Assembly (NCBI GenBank): GCA_965215275.1
Contig: OZ244044.1
Span: 800,001 to 864,000 of the forward strand
DNA from: Thermodesulfobacteriota bacterium
GTDB taxonomy: Bacteria > Desulfobacterota_D > UBA1144 > Nemesobacterales > JAJCZQ01
Reading direction: 5' to 3'
Length of the DNA stretch: 64,000 nt
Part shown: one piece after another, positions 42,823 through 56,448 of the stretch
Layout of the letters: each line of letters opens with the position of its first letter
Numbering within the stretch: the stretch's first letter is position 1
Made by a program: the position numbers and the translations under genes
The notes under the pieces: generated by a model
Database searches by the model: none
Told to the model about the DNA's origin: nothing
Seen by the model: the letters and a program-made list of their open reading frames with translations, nothing else

Positions 42823-43830
42823 TTATAACCTTTTATTCTTGATTAAAATGCGGTGGTAAAGATTTTTACCGTTTATCATTGCAGTTGGATTATTGCCAGT
42901 TAAATAAATCCCAGCAGATTCTTTGCTATTTGTTTTTCCCAGTATATCAAACTGGTCAGGATTATATTTATCCAGAAAAGTAATGGGAACACCCATTACC
43001 CCCCCCCCACCATAATCTATTGGGATTTCTTTAACTTTATTTACATTTATTGCATTGTAATTGTCATATTTAGGATATTCTTCAGGAGTATACTTCTTGT
43101 AGAGTATTAAATCCTCGTGGCGTTTAGATATATCAAGATTAGTAAACCAATTAACTCTACCCATACTAAAATATTTCTTACCATTTTCTATCTTCTTTCT
43201 TGACTCTGTTTTTATATCATAATGTTCTTTAACCCCAAACCATTTTGTTCCACCATTATTAACACCTAACCATAATTTATTTTCTTTTATTAACTTAAAT
43301 ATTTCTTTATAAGTTACTGCATTTTGATCCCCTAATATCACAAATTTTTTGTTATATTTTACCAACTGTACGACATATTCCCTGAACAGAGAAAAAGGGG
43401 GATTTGTTACTACAATATCAGCTTGCTTGAGTAATTCTATACACTCTGGACTACGGAAATCTCCATCACCTTTTAAGTAATTTACTTCAACCTCTTCTAT
43501 ATCAGGCTTCCTGTTATTATTCTTATCGCCTGTATATTCAAGGTAAATGCCTTTGTCAGAATTATTCTGACTAAATAAATCTCTTTCCTGGTTTTTATAG
43601 CAAGTGGTAATGAGTTTCTTTAATCCTAAACTTTCAAACTTATAAGAAAAATAATGAAAGAATTGACTGACTGTCGGATCGTCGCAGTTACAGTAAACTA
43701 TCTTATCCTTAAAATGATCTTTGTAATGCTTCAGTTCCGCTTCAACATCTACAAGTTGCGTATAAAACTCATCTTTCTTAGCATTCTTTGCCCTATGTAA
43801 ATTAGCATTCAAACTTTCTGTAGATTTCAT
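42823..43830 (-). CDS. EcoRI-family adenine DNA methyltransferase, paralogue B (in frame, G10)
   Basis: KKDEFYT, CNCDDP, GDGDFRS, VTNPPFSLFRE, DYGGGGVMGVPITFLDKYNP. Confidence 0.9.
   Translation of the reverse strand: MKSTESLNANLHRAKNAKKDEFYTQLVDVEAELKHYKDHFKDKIVYCNCDDPTVSQFFHYFSYKFESLGLKKLITTCYKNQERDLFSQNNSDKGIYLEYTGDKNNNRKPDIEEVEVNYLKGDGDFRSPECIELLKQADIVVTNPPFSLFREYVVQLVKYNKKFVILGDQNAVTYKEIFKLIKENKLWLGVNNGGTKWFGVKEHYDIKTESRKKIENGKKYFSMGRVNWFTNLDISKRHEDLILYKKYTPEEYPKYDNYNAINVNKVKEIPIDYGGGGVMGVPITFLDKYNPDQFDILGKTNSKESAGIYLTGNNPTAMINGKNLYHRILIKNKRL
42999..43008 (-). repeat. poly-G (G10) tract, candidate phase-variation switch (ON)
   Basis: C10 on the + strand; encodes part of GGGG. Confidence 0.85.
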
Positions 43831-43833
43831 TAT

Positions 43834-44825
43834 TTATACCTTTTTATTTCTAATTAAAATCCTAAAATATGGACACTTCCCTTTAATTGACAAATCTTTT
43901 TCATCATTCCCTTTTCTAAACTTTATTATCTCAAACTGCTCTGGATTATATTTGTCCAAAAAACTGATAGGAACACCGACCCCCCCCCATAATTTTTCGG
44001 AATTTCTTTTATTTTATCCACATTTATAGCATCATAGTTATCATAAGCAGGATATTTCTCAGGGTCATATTTTTCATAAAGAATTAAATCCTCATACCTC
44101 TTGCTATGTTCTAAATTAGTAAACCAAACACCAGATGATCTGCCTTTAACGCTACCATCTATTATTCTATATCCACTACCTTCTTTTTTGGTTGCAACTA
44201 ATTCTTCTGCATATTCTTTAGGAATATCAAATAACATATCGGTTCCCATAGACTTATACCCTAACCACAACTTATTTTCCTTAATTAAAGAAAATATCTC
44301 CTTATAAGTTATAGCGTTCATATTACCAATAATGATAAATTTCTTATTATACTCAATCAACTGTGCAACATATTCCCTGAATAGAGAAAAGGGAGGATTA
44401 GTTACTACAATATCGGCTTGCTTGAGTAATTCTATACACTCTGGACTACGGAAATCACCATCACCTTTTAAATAATTTACTTCAACCTCTTCTATATCAG
44501 GTTTCCTGTTATTATTCTTATCGCCTGTGTATTCAAGATAAATGCCTTTGTCAGAATTATTCTGACTAAATAAATCTCTTTCCTGGTTTTTATAGCAAGT
44601 GGTAATGAGTTTCTTTAATCCTAAACTTTCAAACTTATAAGAAAAATAATGAAAGAATTTACTGACTGTCGGATCGTCGCAGTTACAGTAAACTATCTTG
44701 TTTTTGAAATGCTCTTCATAGTGTCGTAACTCTTCCTCAATATATTCAAGCCGAGTATAAAACTCATCTTTCTTTTCCTTTTTTGCTTTATGCAAATGGA
44801 TATTTGATTGTTTTGTAGACTTCAC
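43834..44825 (-). CDS. EcoRI-family adenine DNA methyltransferase, paralogue A, out of frame at a G9 tract
   Basis: Same motifs; the conserved tail VGVPISFLDKYNPEQFEII...RILIRNKKV* (stop 43836-43834) is in another frame and is restored by G10; likely GTG start 44825. Confidence 0.88.
43980..43988 (-). repeat. poly-G (G9) tract, candidate phase-variation switch (OFF)
   Basis: C9 on the + strand, at the position equivalent to the paralogue's tract. Confidence 0.85.
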
Positions 44826-44904
44826 CGCTATGACTCGTTGAATTAGGTTTTTGTAAAGTAACATTCTTATGTTGAATGTTCAAAATCCACTGTGTCATTT
44901 AGAT

Positions 44905-44978
44905 TCCATAAAATTTACAAATTCCTTTGCTGAATGGTTTATAGTTCCATGCTGAAAATCTTTACCACGTAGAAACCT
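44905..44978 (-). mobile_element. tiny IS1595-family transposase fragment
   Basis: RFLRGKDFQHGTINHSAKEFVN matches the H..VNHS..EYV motif of IS1595 transposases. Confidence 0.5.
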
Positions 44979-45131
44979 TGACATTCTCTCAGACGTCAAA
45001 TGTTCAATGGTAACGTGAACTGCTAACAGATGAGTACCGGTTCAAGTGAGGTGAGCATCACTTGTAGAGGTGATATTCAGAGATAGTATAAGAAAAAAGA
45101 GTAGCTATAAAAAAGCGGATGATGGAGTGGC

Positions 45132-48941
<3,810 letters not shown>

Positions 48942-48964
48942 TCATCGAAGATCGTCGTCAGGTC

Positions 48965-49522
48965 CTAAGAGACTTTCGGAATGGTTATCCCTTTCTGCCC
49001 CTGATACTTTCCCTTCTTGTCCGCGTAAGAAGTTTCACACTCCTGGTCCGACTCAAAGAACAAGACCTGTGCTATGCCTTCGTTGGCATATATCTTGGCC
49101 GGGATCGGAGTGGTATTTGATATTTCAAGGGTCACAAACCCCTCCCATTCAGGCTCGAACGGCGTGACGTTCACGATGATCCCGCACCGTGCGTACGTTG
49201 ACTTACCGACACAGACGGTGATCGTGCTTCTCGGGATCCTGAAATACTCCACGGTCCTTGCAAGAGCGAAAGAGTTCGGAGGCACTATACAGCAGTCATC
49301 TTCGATCTCGACAAAGGATTTTTCATCAAAGTTCTTAGGGTCCACCATTGAATTGAACACGTTCGTAAAAACCTTGAACTCATTGCTTACCCTTATGTCA
49401 TAGCCATAGGAGGACAGTCCGTAGGAGATCACGCCTTTGCTTATCTGACCTTCAACGAATGGCTCTATCATCTTGTGCTCCTTTGCCATTTTACGTATCC
49501 AGTGGTCGGGTTTAATGCTCAT
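48965..49522 (-). CDS. dcd: dCTP deaminase
   Basis: [36 protein letters not shown]. Confidence 0.97.
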   Translation of the reverse strand: MSIKPDHWIRKMAKEHKMIEPFVEGQISKGVISYGLSSYGYDIRVSNEFKVFTNVFNSMVDPKNFDEKSFVEIEDDCCIVPPNSFALARTVEYFRIPRSTITVCVGKSTYARCGIIVNVTPFEPEWEGFVTLEISNTTPIPAKIYANEGIAQVLFFESDQECETSYADKKGKYQGQKGITIPKVS

Positions 49523-49632
49523 GATATCAGTTCCTCATAAAAACTCGTTTTTACGTTCGCTGACCTCTGCTCAGAGGGTCAGAAAGAACGATCATATTGT
49601 AACCAGATCCGAGTTAAATTCCAAATTAACTT

Positions 49633-50676
49633 TTAAGTGTAACTGCCGACGACCTTGTCAATGGACGCTTTGCTGTTTTCCACTTCTTTATAAAAGTTCA
49701 TCAGGTCTATGGCCTTTAAGGTATTCTGCTCATTAAGGTTCGTGTACTTCCTTCTGTCCAGCTTGAAATACTTCTCCTCATACGCATCAGTAACGTACCT
49801 GGCGGACAGCTTAAGGGTCACGACTTTAATACCGTCGTTAATTGCAAGCTTTTCATCATCCGTTAAAAACTTTGCAGTCGATACATACCCTCTGATTATG
49901 GTCCTGAACAACTTGAGGTCGAAAGACATCACACCACCTCTGGATACCATGCACCAGCTTCTCACCATGTCGCCTATGTCATGAACGATCTTGTTCTTCC
50001 CCATTGTATCCAGATCAAGAAGACACAATGCCCTGTGGCAGGTCTCCTCAAACCGTATGTTACTGGCTTTCAGATCACCGTGTATCACCCGGTCGGGAAG
50101 TTCCCTTATCGTCTTTTCCACTTTTTTATATTTGTCCACAATACTCTCGGTCAGCCTGTTCAGCAGTTCGTGCTTGGCGGACACCTTGTTCTTTTTATTG
50201 ACCTTCTCAAGCTGTGCAATTACCTCTCTGGTCCTGTGAACCCTTGGAAGGCTGAACTTGAAATCATAATCCAGTTCTGTAAGAAGATAGTGGAACCTGC
50301 CTATCATAGAGGCGGCCTCATAGGCCTGTTTTGGGTCAAAGCTCTCAAGGGACCTGCCGGGTATATAGGTAAACACCCTCCATATCTCGTCCCCTTCTTC
50401 ATAACCGGACCTTCCATTTTTTGCAGGCAGCAGTTTAGGGGTGAGCTGATCCTTCCCTTCAAGGAATTCCGTAACTTTTTCAATATCTTCAAGAAGTTCA
50501 AAAGGGAACTCGTTATGGAGCCTTTGAACTATGTACCTGTCGTTATTGGTGCGGACCAGATACGTATCGTTGATCAGTCCTTCGTCAATACATTCGACCA
50601 TGGCGAGGTCCTCAAGGCCGAAGTTCTTACAGATCGATGCAAGGCGGTTTTTAGTATTCAGGTCAGCTTGTCTCAT
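49633..50676 (-). CDS. aminoglycoside phosphotransferase-like kinase (APH/N-acetylhexosamine kinase family)
   Basis: GLINDTY, IHGDLKASN, LLDLDT, DIGDMVRS. Confidence 0.85.
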   Translation of the reverse strand: MRQADLNTKNRLASICKNFGLEDLAMVECIDEGLINDTYLVRTNNDRYIVQRLHNEFPFELLEDIEKVTEFLEGKDQLTPKLLPAKNGRSGYEEGDEIWRVFTYIPGRSLESFDPKQAYEAASMIGRFHYLLTELDYDFKFSLPRVHRTREVIAQLEKVNKKNKVSAKHELLNRLTESIVDKYKKVEKTIRELPDRVIHGDLKASNIRFEETCHRALCLLDLDTMGKNKIVHDIGDMVRSWCMVSRGGVMSFDLKLFRTIIRGYVSTAKFLTDDEKLAINDGIKVVTLKLSARYVTDAYEEKYFKLDRRKYTNLNEQNTLKAIDLMNFYKEVENSKASIDKVVGSYT

Positions 50677-50780
50677 CAGAGTCCGGATCGTTGATCATTT
50701 ATTAAATGTATCAGTATAGCACATATTTCTGTAAATGTCAGACAGGAGCGGGAATGTGGTATACTTGGACCTGTCCTGAT

Positions 50781-51398
50781 ATGCCTGAAAATATTTCATA
50801 CCTAGTTCCCTCTGAGACCGTAAGGGCCGAGCAGACGATCAGAAAAAGCAGATTTATAGCGACCGTCGGCCGGGTAAGTACGAAAAAAGAAGCGGAAAGG
50901 TTCATTGACGGCGTTCGCAAGGAATATCCCGATGCTTCACATAACTGCTATGCTTTCATAGTGGGAGACCCTCACGGCTCGGCGGACATAGGGATGGGAG
51001 ATGATGGAGAAGTGCCGGGTACCGCGGCAAAACCGATGATGAACGTCCTGAGGCACAGGAACCTGGGAAACACGGCAGCCGTGGTAACAAGGTACTTCGG
51101 TAAGATAAAGCTCGGTCACGGGGGACTGATAAGGGCTTACACCGGTTCCCTGCAGTTTGCCCTGGATAAGGTCCGGCTTGAAAAAAGAGTCCCTGAGCTC
51201 TCAATAACCATTTCTATAAGCTACGCATATGAAAGCTCCGTAAGGACGGTGCTGAAAAAAATGAACGCTGTCATATCCGAGGTAGCATACGGAGACGACC
51301 TCCTGCTGCACGTAAAGGTCCGGGAACAAAGCTTCCCTGAGATCCAAGAGCAGATCATGAACCTGACGCACGGACGGGCAAAGATCAGAATAAGCTGA
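50781..51398 (+). CDS. YigZ/IMPACT family protein
   Basis: RKSRFI, ASHNCYA, DDGE..GTA.KP, VTRYFG.IKLG.GGLIRAY; likely start ATG 50781. Confidence 0.92.
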   Translation: MPENISYLVPSETVRAEQTIRKSRFIATVGRVSTKKEAERFIDGVRKEYPDASHNCYAFIVGDPHGSADIGMGDDGEVPGTAAKPMMNVLRHRNLGNTAAVVTRYFGKIKLGHGGLIRAYTGSLQFALDKVRLEKRVPELSITISISYAYESSVRTVLKKMNAVISEVAYGDDLLLHVKVREQSFPEIQEQIMNLTHGRAKIRIS

Positions 51399-51428
51399 AA
51401 ATAATTTGAGATCAGCCCCATCAAAGAC

Positions 51429-51474
51429 TTGACAACATTTTATGCATAATTATAATTGATAAAAATTCTCAATT
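51429..51474 (+). promoter_or_regulatory. sigma70 promoter overlapped by a Fur-family operator
   Basis: TTGACA 51429, TATAAT 51451; inverted repeat AATTGATAAAAATTCTCAATT 51454-51474 resembling the 7-1-7 Fur box. Confidence 0.65.
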
Positions 51475-51490
51475 AGGAACCGTTATAACA

Positions 51491-51937
51491 ATGACAGAAT
51501 TTCCATGTGCAAGGGAGCAGAGGGCAAAGGCGCTTTTAAAGGAAAAAGGGCTGAAGTCCACTCCTCAGAGACTTGCAGTTCTGCACGTTCTGCACGAGAG
51601 CACCGGTTATCTGTCCATAAACGATATACTGGAAAAGACAAAGCACTTAACCCCCAGGACCGGACTTGCAACGATATACAGAACGCTTGATATTTTCGTT
51701 GAGATAGGCCTTGCGACCCGGGTTCATTTTCAAAGCGGTTCGAGTTTCTACGTTCATTCGGACCATACACATAACCATCAGATCATATGCACGATATGCA
51801 ACAAGACAATGGACTTTTCTGAATGTCCGTTCGAGGACTACCTTGAGGACCTGTCGTCCAGGAACGGGTTTAAAATGCATAAACATCTTTTTCAGATATA
51901 TGGAGAATGTAACGACTGCGTCGGGGACCAGTGCTGA
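51491..51937 (+). CDS. Fur-family transcriptional repressor (probably Zur)
   Basis: TPQR, GLATIYRTL, HTHNHQIICTIC, YGECNDC; heads the metal-uptake cluster. Confidence 0.88.
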   Translation: MTEFPCAREQRAKALLKEKGLKSTPQRLAVLHVLHESTGYLSINDILEKTKHLTPRTGLATIYRTLDIFVEIGLATRVHFQSGSSFYVHSDHTHNHQIICTICNKTMDFSECPFEDYLEDLSSRNGFKMHKHLFQIYGECNDCVGDQC

Positions 51938-52698
51938 ACATGAGCGAAATTTTCATAACATCTTCCAGAGAGCTGTATATAATGGGGAGCGTGCTGATAG
52001 TGAGCCTTGCCTCCGTCATCATGATACTCACGCTGTTTGCAAAAGAGAGTAAAAGTTACAACACCATTGTGATCTTAATGGTAAGTCTCGCGGTGGGCGG
52101 AATACTCGGAGAGATATTCATCCATATACTGCCGGAGTCCATGGCTGAACAAGGTACACTTAAGACCGCCGTACTGGTCCTGTTCGGTATTATATCCTTT
52201 TTCGTTCTTGAAAAGTGCTTCCTCTGGAGAAATATGAAAAACAGGACCAAAGTAAAAACGGTTGGACAGATGAGCCTGCTCGCCGACAGTATGTGTAACT
52301 TTATGGACGGGTTTATCATAGGTTCCGCCTACCTGGTCAGTATACCTCTCGGGATCGCCACGACGGTTGCCATCTGTATGCATGAACTCCCTCTTGAAAT
52401 AGGTGAGTTCTTTATCCTTATTAAATCCGGTTTTTCCAAAACACAGGCAATACTGTTCAATCTCGCTTCTGCCTCTACCGCCGTACTGGGTGCCTTTACG
52501 GCAATGTACATCGGACTCAGTCTGAACAAGGCCTCAGATCTGATATTCGCCTTTGTCGCGGGAGCGTACATATACATAGTTGTGTTCGGACTGCTCCCTT
52601 TACTGAAAAACGAATTGAGATTCTCCCGCGTTACCGTGCACTTTCTGGCAATGTGTACCGGTATCGGCATCATGTTCTTAATACAGGAGTTTAAGTAA
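51931..52698 (+). CDS. ZIP family metal transporter
   Basis: FIHILPE, DSMCNFMDG, HELPLEIGEF, AGAYIYI. Confidence 0.9.
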   Translation: MLNMSEIFITSSRELYIMGSVLIVSLASVIMILTLFAKESKSYNTIVILMVSLAVGGILGEIFIHILPESMAEQGTLKTAVLVLFGIISFFVLEKCFLWRNMKNRTKVKTVGQMSLLADSMCNFMDGFIIGSAYLVSIPLGIATTVAICMHELPLEIGEFFILIKSGFSKTQAILFNLASASTAVLGAFTAMYIGLSLNKASDLIFAFVAGAYIYIVVFGLLPLLKNELRFSRVTVHFLAMCTGIGIMFLIQEFK

Positions 52699-52701
52699 GT
52701 T

Positions 52702-53007
52702 ATGATAAGGATATTTTTACCCGTACTGGTCACGGTCTTCATTTTTGCCCAAGGTATCCATACCCACGGCCTTTTTCATACTGACAACCAGGAAGTCCAT
52801 ACGTATATAATTACCCAGGACGGTCATGAGCAGGAGCACAGGTTATGCCTGAGCTGCTTATCGAGCGTCCACAGAATCCCTGATAACAGGTCTTCTGAAC
52901 TGCTGCCCGGGAATTTTACTCATTTAAGATACAGTCCAGGGGACTTTATCTGTAACGGCTCCCTTATTTACCAGAATACTGCAACCCGTGCACCTCCGAT
53001 GGTTTAG
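52702..53007 (+). CDS. small His/Cys metal-binding protein (DUF2946-like)
   Basis: Signal-like N-terminus, HTH, CLSC, terminal RAPP motif. Confidence 0.7.
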   Translation: MIRIFLPVLVTVFIFAQGIHTHGLFHTDNQEVHTYIITQDGHEQEHRLCLSCLSSVHRIPDNRSSELLPGNFTHLRYSPGDFICNGSLIYQNTATRAPPMV

Positions 53008-53067
53008 TTTTTAGAAAAAAACGATTTACTGATTTTTTTAAAACTAAATCTTTACCTGGAGGTAAGA

Positions 53068-54540
53068 ATGTCAATACGAAACTTTTTTCCGTATTTTCTG
53101 ATATTTAATTTACTACTGATCCCCCTCTGTGCTCCCTACTCTTTCGCGGGCACTGGCACGATAGAAGCATTAAAGAACCGGCTGGCAGAGATGGAAACAG
53201 AGATGATCATGATGAAGAGAAAAATTGCTGAACTGGAATTCAGCAACAAAAGACTGGAGAGGCAAAGCAAAGGGGTCACGGCAGATACGCAGGTCTTACC
53301 AGAAGACGTGTACACAGGAACGGTACAGCAGCCCGTCGGGCAGACCTTTCTTGGAAGGGCCTTTCAGACCTTAAATCCAGATATAAGCGTTATAGGACTT
53401 TTTGCCGGTGCTTGGTATTCAGAGGATGAACCACAGGTACTTGCGGAAGGAGACCCGGAAAACACGGGATTTAACGTGCAGGAGGTCGAGTTAGGGTTTC
53501 AGTCCGTAGTTGACCCTTATTTCAAATTCGACAGTTTCATTGGCTTTGGCGAGCACGTTGAGCTGGAAGAGGCATATGCCACAACGATCATGTCCCTGCC
53601 CCTGAACTCACAGTTCAGGACCGGGGTAATGAGAAGCAAGTTCGGCAGGATCAACCAGCAGCACCGTCATAACCAGAGTTTTGTCACTCTGCCACTTCCA
53701 GCCGCGGAGTTCCTTGGAGCACATTTCAACCCGGCATCAGTGGAAGCTAATTTTCTGCTCCCTGTTCCCTGGTACATGGAACTCAGTGCCTCCATGGGCA
53801 GCCCGGAAGTCGAAACGGCCTCTTTCGACCGTGATGAAGACGCGAACAGCTTCAGCAAGTTCCTTTACACTTCATACCTCTCTAATTTCTTTGAAATTGG
53901 AGAATCCTTAAGTGTTTTGATCGGTGGCTCGTTTGCTACCGGACCTAATAACACGGAACCCGGGAACGGGAACAGGACCAATCTGTACGGCGTGGATTTC
54001 TTTGCCAAGTACAGGCCGATAAAATCCGACCCGTATAAGGAACTGCGACTTCAGTCCGAGTTCTTTTACAGAGATGCCGAAACAGAAGGAACTGACAGGC
54101 AGGACTGGGGTTTTTACGCAGAGACGGTTTACAGGTTCGCAAAAAGATGGGATATCGGTGCAAGATATGCACTCACCGATACCGACGATCCGGTAATGAT
54201 GGAAGAAGAGCACGAGGAGCACGAGGAAGAACATGAAGAAGGACATGAGGAAGAAGAGCACGAGGAAGGAGAGCATAACCATAACAATGGTGGAGATGGA
54301 GGACACATGCACATGCACGCCGATGAAGATATGCACGACGGTCACGATCACGGAACGGGAATACTCGGACTTTTTGGAAAGCGTCAGAAGATCTCCACAA
54401 TGCTGACGTTCACTCCCACGGAGTTTTCAAAGATAAGGCTTGAGTATAACTATCTGGACCCGGATTTCGATGAAGAGCAGCATGGCGTATTCCTTCAGTT
54501 CCAGTATGCAATAGGTGCACACGGTGCACATCCGTTTTAA
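53068..54540 (+). CDS. zinc-regulated outer-membrane beta-barrel (porin/receptor-like) with His/Glu-rich loop
   Basis: Signal peptide, coiled coil, NPDISVIG, QEVEL..QSVVDPY, FGRINQQHRH, C-terminal GAHGAHPF. Confidence 0.85.
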   Translation: MSIRNFFPYFLIFNLLLIPLCAPYSFAGTGTIEALKNRLAEMETEMIMMKRKIAELEFSNKRLERQSKGVTADTQVLPEDVYTGTVQQPVGQTFLGRAFQTLNPDISVIGLFAGAWYSEDEPQVLAEGDPENTGFNVQEVELGFQSVVDPYFKFDSFIGFGEHVELEEAYATTIMSLPLNSQFRTGVMRSKFGRINQQHRHNQSFVTLPLPAAEFLGAHFNPASVEANFLLPVPWYMELSASMGSPEVETASFDRDEDANSFSKFLYTSYLSNFFEIGESLSVLIGGSFATGPNNTEPGNGNRTNLYGVDFFAKYRPIKSDPYKELRLQSEFFYRDAETEGTDRQDWGFYAETVYRFAKRWDIGARYALTDTDDPVMMEEEHEEHEEEHEEGHEEEEHEEGEHNHNNGGDGGHMHMHADEDMHDGHDHGTGILGLFGKRQKISTMLTFTPTEFSKIRLEYNYLDPDFDEEQHGVFLQFQYAIGAHGAHPF

Positions 54541-54556
54541 TAAAATTTAAACAGAG

Positions 54557-55498
54557 GTGAATAACATGAAAACAATTCAGCTTAAATTAATAACAACCAT
54601 ATTAACCATAGGGATCTTTATATCCGCCTTTGGAAACTCGGCTTTTGCAACCATAAAAGTCGTGGCGTCCGTCCCTGACCTCGCTTCGATCGCCAAGGAG
54701 ATAGGGGGAGACAAAGTGAGCGTAAAGAGCATTGCAAAAGGTTATCAGAACCCTCACTACGTTGATGCAAAACCAAGTTACATTCTGGACCTCAACAAGG
54801 CGGACCTGCTGATCTACATGGGACTTGATCTTGAGGTCGGATGGCTTCCCATTCTGGTAACAGGGGCAAGGAACTCGAAGATCAGCTCATCCAATTCAAA
54901 CGGTAACTTTGACACTTCCACCCTTATACCCGTAAAGCTGGACGTTCCAAAGGTCAGGATCGACAGATCGATGGGAGACATACACCCGGGGGGAAATCCA
55001 CACTTTATGCTGGATCCCAGATACGCGATCACAGTGGCCAGGGGTATTGCCGACAGGCTCTCATGGATAGACCCTGAAAACAGTGCGATTTATCGATCAA
55101 ACTGGGTTAATTTCACGAACAGAATGGAAACCAAGATCAAAGAATGGAGATACATGCTCGCTCCTTACCAGGGAACAAAGGTCCTTACCTATCATAAGAC
55201 ATGGACGTACTTTATAGACTGGGCAGGACTTCAGGAAGCCGGGACCATAGAACAAAAACCCGGTATAGCTCCCTCTCCCAAGCACTTGGCATACATAATA
55301 AAACTGGCCAGGTCGTCGGACATAAAGCTGGTGATAAGTTCCTTATATGATCCTAAAAGATCCTCAAAGATCGTTGCGGATAAAGTCGGTATACCATTTA
55401 TACCTCTTCCTTCGCAGGTCGGAGCGGAAAAGAACATAACGGTCTACACGGAACTTATAGACTCCATAGTAAGCAGGCTGATCTCTGCTCTGAAATAA
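54557..55498 (+). CDS. metal ABC transporter substrate-binding protein (ZnuA-like)
   Basis: QNPHYV, GLDLE.GWL, GNPHF.LDP, TYH, PS.KH. Confidence 0.92.
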   Translation: MNNMKTIQLKLITTILTIGIFISAFGNSAFATIKVVASVPDLASIAKEIGGDKVSVKSIAKGYQNPHYVDAKPSYILDLNKADLLIYMGLDLEVGWLPILVTGARNSKISSSNSNGNFDTSTLIPVKLDVPKVRIDRSMGDIHPGGNPHFMLDPRYAITVARGIADRLSWIDPENSAIYRSNWVNFTNRMETKIKEWRYMLAPYQGTKVLTYHKTWTYFIDWAGLQEAGTIEQKPGIAPSPKHLAYIIKLARSSDIKLVISSLYDPKRSSKIVADKVGIPFIPLPSQVGAEKNITVYTELIDSIVSRLISALK

Positions 55499-55621
55499 AA
55501 ATGGAAAGGCACTGTAAACAGAGATCCGAAAGACGATATTGAAAGAGGATAGTGATATGATCAGATCATTCATACTCTGTGCTTTCTGCATGGTCGACCT
55601 GTACATTGAGCATGGTTTATA

Positions 55622-56347
55622 ATGAGCGGGCTCATCAAACTTGAGAACGTATCCATAGGTTTTAACAACGTACCGATAATAGGCGGGATCAACCTCTCTG
55701 TCAGCAGCGGGGATTCGTGGGGGATCATCGGACCCAATGGAGGGGGAAAAACGACACTTCTTAAAACTCTGATCGGCTTTATAAAGCCGGTCAAGGGAAC
55801 CTGCTCGGCCTTAAGCAGTATAAGGTTCGGGTACGTTCCTCAGAAAGAAGAGTTCGACAGTATTTTTCCCCTCTCGGTCAGGGAGTTCATCGCAATGGGC
55901 AGGTACTCACGTGTTCCGTTCGGAAAAATGATAACAAGGCAGGACTGGAAAAAAATAGACGAAGCTATTGACCGGACGGGGGTCTCGCACCTGAAAAAGA
56001 ACATATTCTCCTCCCTTTCCGGAGGTGAATCGCGGCGAGTGCTTATCGCTCGTGCCATAGCAGGCGAGCCCGACGTGCTCGTTCTTGACGAACCCACAGC
56101 ATCGACCGACGGCAAAGGACAGCATCAGATCATGGACCTGATAGAAGATATAAAAAAGAAAAGCAACCTTACGGTGATCATGGTAAACCACCATACCGAA
56201 TCCATCAAGAACCTCGCTCATAAGTTCCTGTTCGTAAACAAGGATGAGAACCTCGTCAGACAATACAGCAGGGATGATCTTCTCAAAGGCAGTACCTTTG
56301 AGGATCTGATGCATGATCAGTCAGACCATGGAGCGATACGAACATGA
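55622..56347 (+). CDS. metal ABC transporter ATP-binding protein (ZnuC-like)
   Basis: GPNGGGKTT, YVPQ, LSGGE, LDEP. Confidence 0.93.
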   Translation: MSGLIKLENVSIGFNNVPIIGGINLSVSSGDSWGIIGPNGGGKTTLLKTLIGFIKPVKGTCSALSSIRFGYVPQKEEFDSIFPLSVREFIAMGRYSRVPFGKMITRQDWKKIDEAIDRTGVSHLKKNIFSSLSGGESRRVLIARAIAGEPDVLVLDEPTASTDGKGQHQIMDLIEDIKKKSNLTVIMVNHHTESIKNLAHKFLFVNKDENLVRQYSRDDLLKGSTFEDLMHDQSDHGAIRT

Positions 56348-56448
56348 CAGAACACGTTGGGCAAAAAACATCGTACATATGCGTGCTGCCTGTCGGGAAC
56401 ATGCCTTCATCACTTCATCATGCACGGTAAAAGAGCGCGGGGTGTCCT

